Positions 1-10,062 are shown, counted from the first letter of the stretch. The stretch: DNA of 64,000 bases from Pseudomonadota bacterium (GCA_038134595.1 JAYPVM010000007.1:77634-141633), one strand, 5' to 3'. Made by a program: numbers and translations. The notes: generated by a model from the sequence alone, not told the origin.

Positions 1-209
1 GCCCCAATAAACCACGCCTTACGCCGCTCTTGAATGTTCTCCCCTAGCTCATCAGAGAAAAGCACTACCCCGTCCTCTTGCTCAGGACTATCAGAGTCAT
101 CAAGCAACGAATTCGTAACGTGCTGGTCGCCTCCCCTACTCACCAAAAGAGATGCAGCCAGTAGACTGGCTCCGAACAATGCAATGAGAACACTAATAGA
201 AAGCGACAT
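1..209 (-). CDS. tadC: Probable TadC/type II secretion F-family pilus platform protein, N-terminal part (runs off the window edge)
   Basis: Not in the ORF track. Manual translation from ATG at 209 gives MSLSISVLIALFGASLLAASLLVSRGGDQHVTNSLL...RRKAWFIG, open to base 1. It has an N-terminal TM helix and starts 3 nt after the tadB stop. Identity rests on position only. Confidence 0.6.
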   Translation of the reverse strand, partial: MSLSISVLIALFGASLLAASLLVSRGGDQHVTNSLLDDSDSPEQEDGVVLFSDELGENIQERRKAWFIG

Positions 210-212
210 CGT

Positions 213-1055
213 CTATAACTTCTCTTCCTTACCCATCATCAACATCCAGACCACGCCCAACAAGATCAGTCCACCTCCAGCAAACAAAAGAAGCTTTCCC
301 AACGGATTTGCTAGAGCAACCTTTACGCCCGATAGATTCGTTACTACCTGCATAGCTGTTATCAAAACAGCGCATAGAGCTATCCCAATTGCTGACATCC
401 TATGCATAGCCAAAGCGGCTTTCGTCTTCCGCCTAAAAGATTGTCTCTGCCGAACAACTCGAACCACTCGGTGTATCGGTTCTGCCAAGGAACTACCGTG
501 ACGTCTTGAGAGCATGATACACCGCTTGAACAACTCAACATCTCGATTTGCTTCGGCGGCAAAAAAACCCTCGATCACCTCAAATTCATCGTCCCCCATG
601 CGCAATCGCTGTTTAAAACCCTTCAACTCCTGGGCGAAGGGATTTTCAGGTGCAAAATATTGCTCGGCATCACACATAGCCCGAATAGGATCTATACCCG
701 CCCGAACAGAAGACGCTACCGACGTCAGTAATGCTGGAATATCTCTATCGATGACTGCTCGCCGTTTCGCTTCTCTATTACCTACATACAGATACAAGAA
801 GACTCCTGACACCGGCAAAACAATCAAACCTGCCAAAAGGGAAGCATTTCCAGCTACGACACCAGCAACACACAAGGCAACTATGAGATAAAAATGCAAG
901 GCCTTTCGGGGAACATGGCGCAGAATCGCTGCGAGCAAAGGATCCATCTCCGGACGATCCGTCGCGCGCTCTTTTTTATCCCCCTCAGGCCTTCTATCAA
1001 ATGACGTCAGCAACTGTGAAATAATGAGTCGGTTTGAAGCAAGTATACCCCTCAT
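213..1055 (-). CDS. tadB: Flp pilus assembly protein TadB (T2SSF domain)
   Basis: TM hairpin followed by DIPALLTSVASSVRAG, ...SRRHGSSLAEPIHRV...RRKTKA and C-terminal TMs (NPLGKLLL); directly downstream of the CpaF ATPase. Confidence 0.85.
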   Translation of the reverse strand: MRGILASNRLIISQLLTSFDRRPEGDKKERATDRPEMDPLLAAILRHVPRKALHFYLIVALCVAGVVAGNASLLAGLIVLPVSGVFLYLYVGNREAKRRAVIDRDIPALLTSVASSVRAGIDPIRAMCDAEQYFAPENPFAQELKGFKQRLRMGDDEFEVIEGFFAAEANRDVELFKRCIMLSRRHGSSLAEPIHRVVRVVRQRQSFRRKTKAALAMHRMSAIGIALCAVLITAMQVVTNLSGVKVALANPLGKLLLFAGGGLILLGVVWMLMMGKEEKL

Positions 1056-1059
1056 TCTC

Positions 1060-2382
1060 TCACCTCTTCATCGACGCAGCAGCTTCACGATACGAAACTT
1101 CTACCGGAAGCTCCAAGACATCTGGCAACCGCGTAAAAGAAAATGAATATGGTTCCTGTTCCAACTTTTCGCGAAATGCGCTCACTCGCGTAGCAACTAC
1201 CCACTGGGGAACACCCTTGGCGGGGCGATACGAGAATATTTCACGCTGCCGCAAAACTCCATCTGCCACTGGGCCTAGTTCTCTAATCTCCATAATACGG
1301 CGCACACCTGTCATCTTGCACACATCAACAACAACCATCACTTGCACAGCAGTAGCGACCTGAGCTCCGAGCAGGGCTCTATCCGCATTCTTTTGAACGC
1401 GTGCTAAAAATAATTCAAGTCGGGTGATGGCATCAACAACACTGCGACCATGAACAGTAGATAATCCTGAGTGCCCCGACGCGCACACATCCACAAACGC
1501 CTCTGCGGCCTCTGCATCACGAATCTCACCGAAAATAATCCGGTTCATCGCCATTCTCATCCCAGCCCGAATACACTGCGCGGGTGAAACTCGGCCTGTC
1601 CCCTCCAAATTCTCCTCGCGAGTAGTCATATATCTGACGTGAGGATGCTCCAAGCGAATCTCAGGTGTATCTTCTATTACAAGAACCGATTCATCATGAG
1701 GGATAGTTCCAGCCAACGCTCGGGCAAGAGTCGTCTTTCCCGTACCAACCTCTCCTACGATCATAACGGTTCTGCTAATACCGACTATTGCCCGCAAGTA
1801 ATCAAAAATAACCTGCGGAGCAAGTCCCGTCTTTTCGAGCATATCAAGGGTAACCGATGTAAATCGGTTGATACGAATAGTTAAATAAGGCCCGTTATCA
1901 CACAACGATTTGTGTACTGCATGAACACGCACCAGAGAGCCTATCATGCCATCTGCGATAGGTTGCTTGGTTGAATATGCCGTTCCCGCCTGATGCAAAA
2001 GTCGTTCCACAAAAGCCTCATAGGAACGCTGATCAGGAAACTTAATTTGAGTTCGCAGACTCTTCCTTCCCTGTTGAATAGCTACCTTAGAAAACCCAGA
2101 TACAATAATATCCGAAACTCGGGAGTCATCTATCAGAGACTGCAGCACGCCAAAGGTATGAACATCTCCTTCAACATGAGTAAGAATCTCATCGCGCTCG
2201 AAGCTAGAAAGCTCTACCCCCAAACGGAGCGCAGATTCAGCGACAGTGCTTGAAAGATCTATTTTTTCTCCACTCGCACCCGTTCCCTGTCGAACAATCG
2301 TGCGACGAACATCATCAAGAACGTGAGCCAAAAGCGGCGATAGAGAGGGCGTGGTTCGAGAAAATTCATCCACCTGATTCAT
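1060..2382 (-). CDS. cpaF: CpaF/TadA pilus assembly ATPase
   Basis: Walker A GEVGTGKT, Asp box IEDTPEI, Walker B IIFGEIRD and His box GHSGLSTVH; the ATG immediately follows the cpaB TAG. Confidence 0.95.
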   Translation of the reverse strand: MNQVDEFSRTTPSLSPLLAHVLDDVRRTIVRQGTGASGEKIDLSSTVAESALRLGVELSSFERDEILTHVEGDVHTFGVLQSLIDDSRVSDIIVSGFSKVAIQQGRKSLRTQIKFPDQRSYEAFVERLLHQAGTAYSTKQPIADGMIGSLVRVHAVHKSLCDNGPYLTIRINRFTSVTLDMLEKTGLAPQVIFDYLRAIVGISRTVMIVGEVGTGKTTLARALAGTIPHDESVLVIEDTPEIRLEHPHVRYMTTREENLEGTGRVSPAQCIRAGMRMAMNRIIFGEIRDAEAAEAFVDVCASGHSGLSTVHGRSVVDAITRLELFLARVQKNADRALLGAQVATAVQVMVVVDVCKMTGVRRIMEIRELGPVADGVLRQREIFSYRPAKGVPQWVVATRVSAFREKLEQEPYSFSFTRLPDVLELPVEVSYREAAASMKR

Positions 2383-3294
2383 CTACTCAGACCCCTCCCG
2401 CACATCGGATTTCGAAAAAAATCCGGACGGCACATCATCTGCCGGTATCCAACGGCCATCTACCAACGCGTACTGCCGACGCTCATCTCCCTCGCCAAAC
2501 GAAACGACCCCACCAACATGCGATTTACGTCCCGAAGGTCTCTTGTCATAGAACTCATCTGATGAAAACCTGTGCGCTCGCCAGCTATCGTCATCCTTGG
2601 AGCTTCGAAGGGCAAACGATATCTTTCCGAGTGGAACTGCTGTGCTGATTGCCAAGCACTGTTCCTGGGTGACTAATAACGTAACGGTGCTCGGCACTCC
2701 CCGATGGCCTTGCGCACCCAAATCAATTGGAGAAAGTGACCGTTCAGCAGAGATAACTCGCACCTGTTCAGCGATTACGGTAGTCCTCGTCTTCTCTACC
2801 AATAACACATCAACCACCGAGCCACTCCGAGCCCATCCCTCGACCGCTGATGTGGCATCAACCTTAACCGTCATGGCTCTCATGCCCGGAGGGATATGTC
2901 CCAATATCGGATTTGAAGCTTCATTCATATCACCGATATTCGCTGCCATAACAGGCAGGCCACCCGGCAACGATACCAACGTAACCCTATCACGACTCCC
3001 TCTAAGATCATGTAAAACACCAGCTGGCACCTGATGTCTCGGAAATTTTTCCACCCGAGTTTTAATGTCACGTACAAACGTTCCAGCCGGAACAGGGCGC
3101 TCCGGGACTGGAATTTCCACAACATCAAACTCGGGCACATACGCCTTATAGCGCTCTCGTGTTGGGGGGGCACTCCCCCCCTTGCCTGCCACATATGCCG
3201 CAGATCCAACACCCAGCACCAGCGCCACAGCACCGATTACAGTACCAAGCGATGAGTATCGTCGAATGTGCGCGCCAGAAACACGAGTTGCCAT
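2383..3294 (-). CDS. cpaB: Flp pilus assembly protein CpaB/RcpC
   Basis: N-terminal TM, SAF-like region, IPPGMRAMTVKVDATSAVEGWARSGSVVDVLL and TVTLLVT...GKISFALRS motifs. Confidence 0.92.
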   Translation of the reverse strand: MATRVSGAHIRRYSSLGTVIGAVALVLGVGSAAYVAGKGGSAPPTRERYKAYVPEFDVVEIPVPERPVPAGTFVRDIKTRVEKFPRHQVPAGVLHDLRGSRDRVTLVSLPGGLPVMAANIGDMNEASNPILGHIPPGMRAMTVKVDATSAVEGWARSGSVVDVLLVEKTRTTVIAEQVRVISAERSLSPIDLGAQGHRGVPSTVTLLVTQEQCLAISTAVPLGKISFALRSSKDDDSWRAHRFSSDEFYDKRPSGRKSHVGGVVSFGEGDERRQYALVDGRWIPADDVPSGFFSKSDVREGSE

Positions 3295-3302
3295 AGTATC
3301 CC

Positions 3303-3476
3303 TTACTGAACGATCTCTCCGGAACGTGCGTCAGCCCAGCCACCAACAGATCCAAGAAGACCTGCGATATTGCCACTGAGTCCGTTTAGAGCAGTCCATA
3401 GCACACCCCCGATGATGGCAGCACCAGCACAGTATTCAAGTAACGTATATCCCTTTTGGTTCTTGCGATTTCTCAT
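3303..3476 (-). CDS. flp: Flp family type IVc pilin
   Basis: MRNRKNQKG|YTLLEY followed by a hydrophobic helix (G at -1, EY at +5/+6); SD AAGGAG upstream of the ATG at 3476; 57 aa. Confidence 0.9.
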   Translation of the reverse strand: MRNRKNQKGYTLLEYCAGAAIIGGVLWTALNGLSGNIAGLLGSVGGWADARSGEIVQ

Positions 3477-3578
3477 ACATTTCTCCTTTTTAGAAAACGG
3501 CCTCCAGCACAAGCGCCGAAAACCTCCTCACTAACTATCTACTTTCTATTTGAACTACTCCGCGCAATTCAAAAACTA

Positions 3579-4955
3579 CTACCCAAGAAGAACGGGCTTC
3601 GAAACCAGCGTACTATCATCCGAAACATCAAGCTGAGACGATAACAGCGCTGAAGACCCCAACTGAGGAGAAGCTCCCCAAGGCTCTTTCGACGCACTTT
3701 CCCTCTTCCGAAACCTTCGTCCCACTTGCAACACACCAGCAAAATGCCGAACAAGTCCAAGAACAATCCCACTCACAAACCCAACCAATTGAGAGAACAA
3801 AGAACGTGCTCGCTCCTTTCCTCCTGGTTCGATGAATAAATGTTCTAGGTTACGACGAAGAAATTTATACGGAGTGTGTCCGCTGCACATCCATGTAACA
3901 GCTTGTTGCGTCTTAGGCACAACGATATCGCTAACGTCCTTACCGGCGATAACAACTACCTGCTCGCGCAAAAGAGAAACTGCGGCACTTCCAACTCCCG
4001 TATCGTTTAGCACCGTAGTCAACGTTGCATTTGGCTTTAAAAATCCGGCGATAAGCGACAGTGCCTGGCGATTTGCATACGCAGCACTCGCATCGCGATT
4101 TACCACAAAGTGGACATCGTCACATATCTGAAACAAAGCGTTGCGTGCCGGAGTTACCAAACTAGACGTATCTACTACCACCCTATCGTACTGAAGAAGC
4201 AATGCCTCTAAAACAGCGACAAAACCTCGTTGCGCATGTTGAGAAGCAAACAAAGATTCATCGCATCCTGCGGGCGGCGCCACACAACCGAAGCGACTTT
4301 CATTAATCCACACGTCTCTCACACATTCAGTGACCGTCTCGGAAGTAACCACCCTCTCCTGATCGATAAGAATACGTAAGGACTCATTGACATACGGTCG
4401 AACCTGCATAAATCGAGTGAGATCTTGTGACAACACATCACAATCTACCATGCAGACCTTACATCCCTTCTCAAACCACCCCTCTGCTACCGCCGCAGTA
4501 ATAAAGGTTTTTCCAACGCCACCCCGCGCAGAATCAATCACGACCAAGCGTCCCCGCCTCTTTGACTGAACTCTCCTTTGAAGAAGCAGGATACGTCTAA
4601 AAAACTCGTCGCTTGAGGCGGAATCAACAAGCACATCGTCAACGCCAAGACGCCCAAGCTGTTCGACCAGCCCAAACGAATACGTACGAGCGTCCAACAC
4701 GCATAAAAGTATCTTTTCTGGCAATTGCTTACGTAGGCTATTAATAAACGCGGCATCGCAACCCACTAGCTCGGGCCCGATAATACAAACGTCTAAGTCG
4801 CCGTGAAAACGAACTTCTTCAGGGGATAATAAATGAAGGGAGATGCGAGGAGCAGAGACTTTTCCACCAGGAGGTGCCCAAGCCCACCGTTCGACTAGAG
4901 TAGATAACCTTCGGCGACCTTCAGCGCTTAGGTCTACAATGCCGAGTTCAATCAT
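3579..4955 (-). CDS. cpaE: CpaE/TadZ-like MinD/ParA-family ATPase with an N-terminal receiver-like domain
   Basis: Receiver-like N-terminus, deviant Walker A SARGGVGKT, VCMVDCD and YDRVVVDT; start set at ATG 4955, which has SD GGAGGT. Confidence 0.8.
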   Translation of the reverse strand: MIELGIVDLSAEGRRRLSTLVERWAWAPPGGKVSAPRISLHLLSPEEVRFHGDLDVCIIGPELVGCDAAFINSLRKQLPEKILLCVLDARTYSFGLVEQLGRLGVDDVLVDSASSDEFFRRILLLQRRVQSKRRGRLVVIDSARGGVGKTFITAAVAEGWFEKGCKVCMVDCDVLSQDLTRFMQVRPYVNESLRILIDQERVVTSETVTECVRDVWINESRFGCVAPPAGCDESLFASQHAQRGFVAVLEALLLQYDRVVVDTSSLVTPARNALFQICDDVHFVVNRDASAAYANRQALSLIAGFLKPNATLTTVLNDTGVGSAAVSLLREQVVVIAGKDVSDIVVPKTQQAVTWMCSGHTPYKFLRRNLEHLFIEPGGKERARSLFSQLVGFVSGIVLGLVRHFAGVLQVGRRFRKRESASKEPWGASPQLGSSALLSSQLDVSDDSTLVSKPVLLG

Positions 4956-5244
4956 TCCAACACCTCCGAAACAACCAGAAAAGTGAGAGCGGAAAGAACC
5001 TATTTTAAAAAGAGTCCACAAAGAGCCGTGCTTTTTGACTCTTGGAAAAAACCTTGGGGCGGACTCTACCATAAAAACGCAAAAGACGTGTGGTCTTTTT
5101 TTGCATTTCATTTTTTTTACTGCACAGCAACCGCAGGTAACCTATCTAGCCCCACTCCCGCCCCTGTTTTTCTCATTTCTCATCAATCAACATTGTTGTA
5201 AAATAAGGAAGATAGGACGTTTAAAGGAGGCTGTGCACTGAACA

Positions 5245-5940
5245 ATGTACCGAATTTGGCAAAAAAAACGCTGGTTGCCATTGGGCTACACAACAACCTT
5301 CGAGGGACAGTACAACATATCTTCAATCCAACTATCCGAGCTTATCGAGCGCTGCTCGGCAATCCTAAGTGAAGACATCCTACGTTCCAACACCCTCATC
5401 AACCTCAAGGGACAAGACCCAGGAGAACCCCCGTTACTAGAACAAGCCCATCCGCCGACAAGCAGTGACATCCTGATCATTGCCGGAAATATCGCAACAA
5501 AAAAAAGCTCTAACAACTTTTTATGGGAGCCATTTCGAATATCGGCAACCTCTAAATTTGATAGATTCAAAGGTGCTCGCGATATTATCCACTCGCACGC
5601 ACTCTCTCGCTCCAAGTCAGTACCATCCTGGCTACCCTGGAAGCTGATAGGCACCGCTGCGCCAATCCGGCCAAACTACCTCCGAATCGGGCTCGATCAC
5701 TACACAAGCCCATTTACTCTCTTGCGACTAGGATTTATCCCGACAGTGACCTCTTCCCTGCGCTTAGAAGCAAACGAATCAACACTCAAGTGCAGACTCT
5801 CCGTTGAAAGTCGCTTCAAGCTTCGTAGAATCCCTTTAGCAACTATTCCAAGCTTTCACATGCTTATCTCAGCAATAGATCAAATCAACACTGTCTCGAT
5901 TATACCGGACACCGCAGCCCCGATCGGCTCTTCGGCATAA
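5245..5940 (+). CDS. Hypothetical protein (231 aa), divergent from the tad operon
   Basis: ATG preceded by AAGGAGG (somewhat long spacing); fills the gap between genes; no motif recognised. Confidence 0.55.
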   Translation: MYRIWQKKRWLPLGYTTTFEGQYNISSIQLSELIERCSAILSEDILRSNTLINLKGQDPGEPPLLEQAHPPTSSDILIIAGNIATKKSSNNFLWEPFRISATSKFDRFKGARDIIHSHALSRSKSVPSWLPWKLIGTAAPIRPNYLRIGLDHYTSPFTLLRLGFIPTVTSSLRLEANESTLKCRLSVESRFKLRRIPLATIPSFHMLISAIDQINTVSIIPDTAAPIGSSA

Positions 5941-6070
5941 TTATGTATCAAAACAGATAGAGCCCCCCGAATACATGCATGGTGTGCAATAAAGCGATTA
6001 CCATCTCGAGTGGATACCATGTGTCACGCGATGGGCTCTAGAAACACCCTCTGTGCTTAACAATATTTAC

Positions 6071-6337
6071 TCACAGTACCGACTTCTGAAACAGAAATGG
6101 AATCTCCTCTTTTAGGAGGAGTTTCGTTATTAAGAATCCAGACAATACAAAAAACCCAGCCACACCTGCTCCGACTAAATGTCTTAGGCCAAAGTTGTAG
6201 GCATGCTCAAAAAAAAACAAGATTACAAAGAGCACTCGGAGTAGGTCGAAGTACGGCTGATTGGGAAACCTTTCTCGAGAACCAATGCTTGGGGTTCCTT
6301 GCAAACTGCGCTGAGAGAGCCTTAGATCAGATAACAT
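6071..6337 (-). pseudogene. Truncated acyltransferase-3 (OafA/YrhL-like) remnant
   Basis: FDLLR...H...GVAGFFVLSGFLITKLLLKE matches the family's N-terminal signature, but the ORF stops at 88 aa and there is no room for the remaining ~250 aa before the convergent gene ending at 5940. Confidence 0.65.
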
Positions 6338-6514
6338 TACTTAAATACATACCTACAATCATACTTACACCAAACACCACAATACTACGCACCAACCCCC
6401 GAAGCTTCCAAGGCATTAACAAAACTCCTTTACAAAAGACACGCCTTCGTCCCTATTTGACGGCCTTCCTAGCCCCCTTCTCTCTCGCTTCCAAATACGC
6501 TACACTATTTTGCA

Positions 6515-7231
6515 ATGAAACGTTTTTTCAACTCGCCCTCTTTTCGCCTCCGCGCTCATCAACTAGCAATTGCAATGGTGGTGGGTTCTGTCCTGCACGG
6601 GGTTCTCATACAGGCCGGATATAACACACTACTTTTCTATCCTTACAACACACTCTTTGGTTTGGAATTGTGGCGACCTTTTTCATCGCTTCTTGTTGCG
6701 ACCTCACCTCTCGAGGTCATATTCGGCGCGCTTATCATATACAGTATAGGTAGCACCCTTGAATACCAATGGGGAAGTCGTCGCTTTCTGTATATAGCCC
6801 TTGGCATTCCTGTTTCTGCATCGCTATTAACTCTTGTTTGCGCTCTTCTTCTACCCCGCACCTTTCTGGGGATCGGGTACGGTGGGGCGCGAGAGATTAT
6901 TACAACACTGTGGATTACGTACGGACTTGTAGCTCACTTTTCACACCAGCAACTAAACTTTTGGGGCTCCCCGCTATCAGGCAAAGCATTTGCTTTAATT
7001 GGTGTCGCATTTGTAGCTCTTAACGCAGTATTCGCCGGCCCGCTCGTAGTTCTCCCCGAACTGTTTTGCATCGCTTTATGCTACTCATACATGTATCGAC
7101 ATCGCTCATACAATTTCAAAAATCAGGTACAGCTAAAATACTATTCTTGGAAACTAAAAAGATTAAAATGTCGGTCGGGGCTCAAAGTCATAAAAGGACA
7201 GCGGGGCGATAACGATCGCCAAATCCACTAA
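6515..7231 (+). CDS. Rhomboid-superfamily membrane protein, probably catalytically inactive
   Basis: ELWRPFS (WR motif) and G.TLE.QWGSRRFL are present with about 6 TMs; the catalytic GxSG and TM6 His are absent. Confidence 0.75.
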   Translation: MKRFFNSPSFRLRAHQLAIAMVVGSVLHGVLIQAGYNTLLFYPYNTLFGLELWRPFSSLLVATSPLEVIFGALIIYSIGSTLEYQWGSRRFLYIALGIPVSASLLTLVCALLLPRTFLGIGYGGAREIITTLWITYGLVAHFSHQQLNFWGSPLSGKAFALIGVAFVALNAVFAGPLVVLPELFCIALCYSYMYRHRSYNFKNQVQLKYYSWKLKRLKCRSGLKVIKGQRGDNDRQIH

Positions 7232-7269
7232 TTCTGTCAGTTTTATATGGGATCGATACTTAGCGATTA

Positions 7270-8253
7270 TTAAAATAACCTGCCTAACACAAAGAATACG
7301 AACACTGCAGCCATCGACAGGCCAAGACAAACTATCAGTAGCGCAATAGGACCCTGCACATTTAGACGAGGACGCAAATCAATGTGCCGTGCAGTTGGGA
7401 GCAATACTGAAAACAAGCCAAAACAAAAGAGCGCTCCTCCAATAAAGAGCAATCCATCATTTGTTTTCTGCACATTTTGCTCCTCAAGTGAAAATAGCTC
7501 ATCAGCAGAATACAAACCCGCACGAATTTCGACCGAATTTGCGCTATTGGCTCCTACTAGATTACGCTCATCAACTTGACGCGCTAGAATCGTATACTCG
7601 CCTTGCGGCAGACCTTCATACCAAACGCGAACATCGCCAAGAGATGGGCTAGCGCGATCTACTTCTGTATCCCGCGGAATATAAAGTTTTCCATCCTCAA
7701 TTCTTATGGTCGGGTTTTTCAGCATTTCGCTTGAAAGAGGAGCCGGCAACAACCTGCGAACCGATTGCAAAATCCTGGTTGCATCAAACAACCCAAACGT
7801 GGCGGCTCCCTCTGGAACATGCAGCGTCTCTGAAGAGTACGGCAGCAACGGATTTGCATGCCCCTGAGGCTTTTGAAACTGAAAGAAGTCGACCTGCTCC
7901 TCCCTCCACGCCAAGGTATACTTAGGTAACGGATCAATTGAGTTTCTCTCCTCCACCCACTGATACATCTCCACGTGTCTTTTTAGGGTCAGATAATGGC
8001 TAGGCTTGAGAAACTCATCCTCAAGAAGACTAGCGGAATAAAGCCTCCCTGCGGCAACCACAAGAGCCCCATTGTAATCTACACTGGGAAGAAGTGGATC
8101 GATATCAACAGCCTCTCGTCGGAGCCTGTCTGTAGTAGATGTGTTTTCAAGCGTTCCCCGTGAGCTTCCCCACATCATCAAAAACCCACATAAGAGCGTT
8201 AATGCTCCGACAAAGCCCTGAGACTTAGATGACAATCGCTCCAGCTTACCCAC
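7270..8253 (-). CDS. TMEM43/LUMA (DUF1625) family membrane protein
   Basis: N-terminal TM, LKRHVEMYQWVE and PSLGDVRVWY motifs, two C-terminal TMs. Confidence 0.8.
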   Translation of the reverse strand: MGKLERLSSKSQGFVGALTLLCGFLMMWGSSRGTLENTSTTDRLRREAVDIDPLLPSVDYNGALVVAAGRLYSASLLEDEFLKPSHYLTLKRHVEMYQWVEERNSIDPLPKYTLAWREEQVDFFQFQKPQGHANPLLPYSSETLHVPEGAATFGLFDATRILQSVRRLLPAPLSSEMLKNPTIRIEDGKLYIPRDTEVDRASPSLGDVRVWYEGLPQGEYTILARQVDERNLVGANSANSVEIRAGLYSADELFSLEEQNVQKTNDGLLFIGGALFCFGLFSVLLPTARHIDLRPRLNVQGPIALLIVCLGLSMAAVFVFFVLGRLF

Positions 8254-8269
8254 TACCCCTCCATATAGG

Positions 8270-8809
8270 TCATACTAACTGCTCAAGCCGAGCACGCATA
8301 AACAGCGCCATTGACTTAGCATCTTGCATCGTTCCATCTCTAGCAGCGGCTTCAAAAGCCTGAACCGTCAACCTTACTACTGTAATATCCTCATCTTCGT
8401 CGCACTCTGCAGGCTTCTCAAAAAGATCGCTAGCAACAAACAAGTGTTGAATTTCCGTGCAGAATCCAGGTGCAGGATACAATGTTCCTAACGGCTTTAA
8501 CTGTCCGGCCCCTAACCCGATCTCCTCTTGAATCTCTCTTTGCGCGCAAACAAGAGGCTGCTCCCCCAATTCAAGGGTTCCCGCCGGAAGCTCCAAAACA
8601 ACCCTACCTACAGAATGTCGATATTGAGAAACACATACTATGCGCCCGTGGTCGTCAATCGGTAGAACAACAACAGCCCCTGGATGCTCAATTGTTTCAT
8701 GAGCAAAGCGTCGTCCATCATTTGTCTCCACTATCTGCCTAACCCCCCGAAGCTTGCCAGAATACAGCTCCTCAGAAGAGACCACTCGATATAACTTTGC
8801 CTCGCTCAC
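8270..8809 (-). CDS. NUDIX hydrolase, ADP-ribose pyrophosphatase-like
   Basis: EHPGAVVVLP, SQYRH, Nudix box ELPAGTLELGEQPLVCAQREIQEEIG, PAPGF and DAKS; probable GTG start at 8809 after a G-rich SD. Confidence 0.93.
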   Translation of the reverse strand: MSEAKLYRVVSSEELYSGKLRGVRQIVETNDGRRFAHETIEHPGAVVVLPIDDHGRIVCVSQYRHSVGRVVLELPAGTLELGEQPLVCAQREIQEEIGLGAGQLKPLGTLYPAPGFCTEIQHLFVASDLFEKPAECDEDEDITVVRLTVQAFEAAARDGTMQDAKSMALFMRARLEQLV

Positions 8810-9114
8810 AATCAATTCCCCCTTAGGACAGGAAAACCCATAAGGTAAGATGCTCTTACCCCTCAAAACAACAACAAAGAACTCCCCTATATCTTAACAT
8901 GTCCTTCTAAAACCCCGCTAATCAAACGGCTTTCTAGCGCATGGGGTTGTTCTTGCACCTCGCTTCCTCTAGTCTGCATCAAAACTACGGGGAGCGTAAT
9001 CTCACTCAGAGTATATCCGCTCCCTGCGAGAGATTAACAACCAAACCTTACAGGTGTCGATTCTCTACGAGCAGGACATCGGGTATAATCAGTGGGATTC
9101 TCAGTAAACTTGTC

Positions 9115-9987
9115 ATGCACATGTCGGCGTCTTCTCCCCCTACACACAAAACATCCACATTACCTCCTCGGTCGATAGACCAGTGGCTAGAGACTCAACA
9201 AGCCACACAAGCACTCGTCGATATCAGCGTTGTTGTTCCCGCTTATAACGAAGAGCGTCGCCTTCCCCCTACCCTCCTCGATCTCGTTGACTACTTTGAC
9301 CAACAGCCACTGGCATACGAAATTATCGTAGTCGATGACGGAAGTAACGATAGTACAAGCCAAGTAGTTCGGAAATTCGAACGAGTGCGAGAGCAAGTAA
9401 AACTCATTCAACTCCCAAAAAACTACGGCAAAGGGCATGCCGTTAGGCTAGGCGCGCTTAACACTCACGGCAAAGTAATTTTATTTGCTGACGCTGACGG
9501 TGCAACTCCCGTAGTAGAATTTGAAAAGCTCTATACTGCCATTCAAAATGGTGCAGAGATTGCCATCGGGTCGCGGGCGCTCTATAGCAATGACACAAGA
9601 GTCTCTACATCGTTTCACCGGAAAGTGTTCGGGCGAATCTTTAACACCTTCGTCAACTCACTCCTACTTCCAGAGCTCAAAGACACGCAATGTGGATTCA
9701 AAATATTCTCCCGCTCGGCTGGACTATTTCTCTTCAAACAACAACGATCGGATAGATTTAGTTTTGATGTTGAGCTGTTATACATAGCCCGAAAGGCTCA
9801 CATCGCTATTAAAGAGATTCCCGTCAACTGGACAAATATCCCTGGTTCTAAGGTGAATCTACTCATAGATTCAATAAAAATGTTTCGAGATCTTTTTCGC
9901 TTTAAGGTCTGGCACCGCTCGGTTGTCTACGACGATTACTCACGCTTCAAAAGTGCGCTAGCTGGAAACAGCTCCAAAAATACATAA
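9115..9987 (+). CDS. GT2 polyprenol-phosphate glycosyltransferase (dolichyl-phosphate beta-glucosyltransferase/Alg5-like)
   Basis: SVVVPAYNEERRL, VVDDGS, NYGKGHAVRLG, FADADGATP, DTQCGFK, FSFDVELL and IPVNW...GSKV; start ATG is 9115 or 9121. Confidence 0.9.
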   Translation: MHMSASSPPTHKTSTLPPRSIDQWLETQQATQALVDISVVVPAYNEERRLPPTLLDLVDYFDQQPLAYEIIVVDDGSNDSTSQVVRKFERVREQVKLIQLPKNYGKGHAVRLGALNTHGKVILFADADGATPVVEFEKLYTAIQNGAEIAIGSRALYSNDTRVSTSFHRKVFGRIFNTFVNSLLLPELKDTQCGFKIFSRSAGLFLFKQQRSDRFSFDVELLYIARKAHIAIKEIPVNWTNIPGSKVNLLIDSIKMFRDLFRFKVWHRSVVYDDYSRFKSALAGNSSKNT

Positions 9988-10062
9988 AATACTCCCTCAG
10001 GGCCGCAAATAACTGACTCCGGCACCTGTACACTAAACTCGACCATATGCGATACTTGCTCC

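Noticed and set aside
34..3379. Plus-strand ORFs over the tad operon
   Set aside because: They are antisense to well-supported genes and carry no motifs.
4956..5111. Long N-terminal extensions given by the ORF track (cpaE, and likewise the GT2 at 8941, hldD, glnA and NUDIX)
   Set aside because: Downstream starts fit SD sequences and/or family N-termini better.
6097..6624. 175-aa plus-strand ORF
   Set aside because: It overlaps both the acyltransferase remnant and the rhomboid-like gene start, and has no recognisable features.
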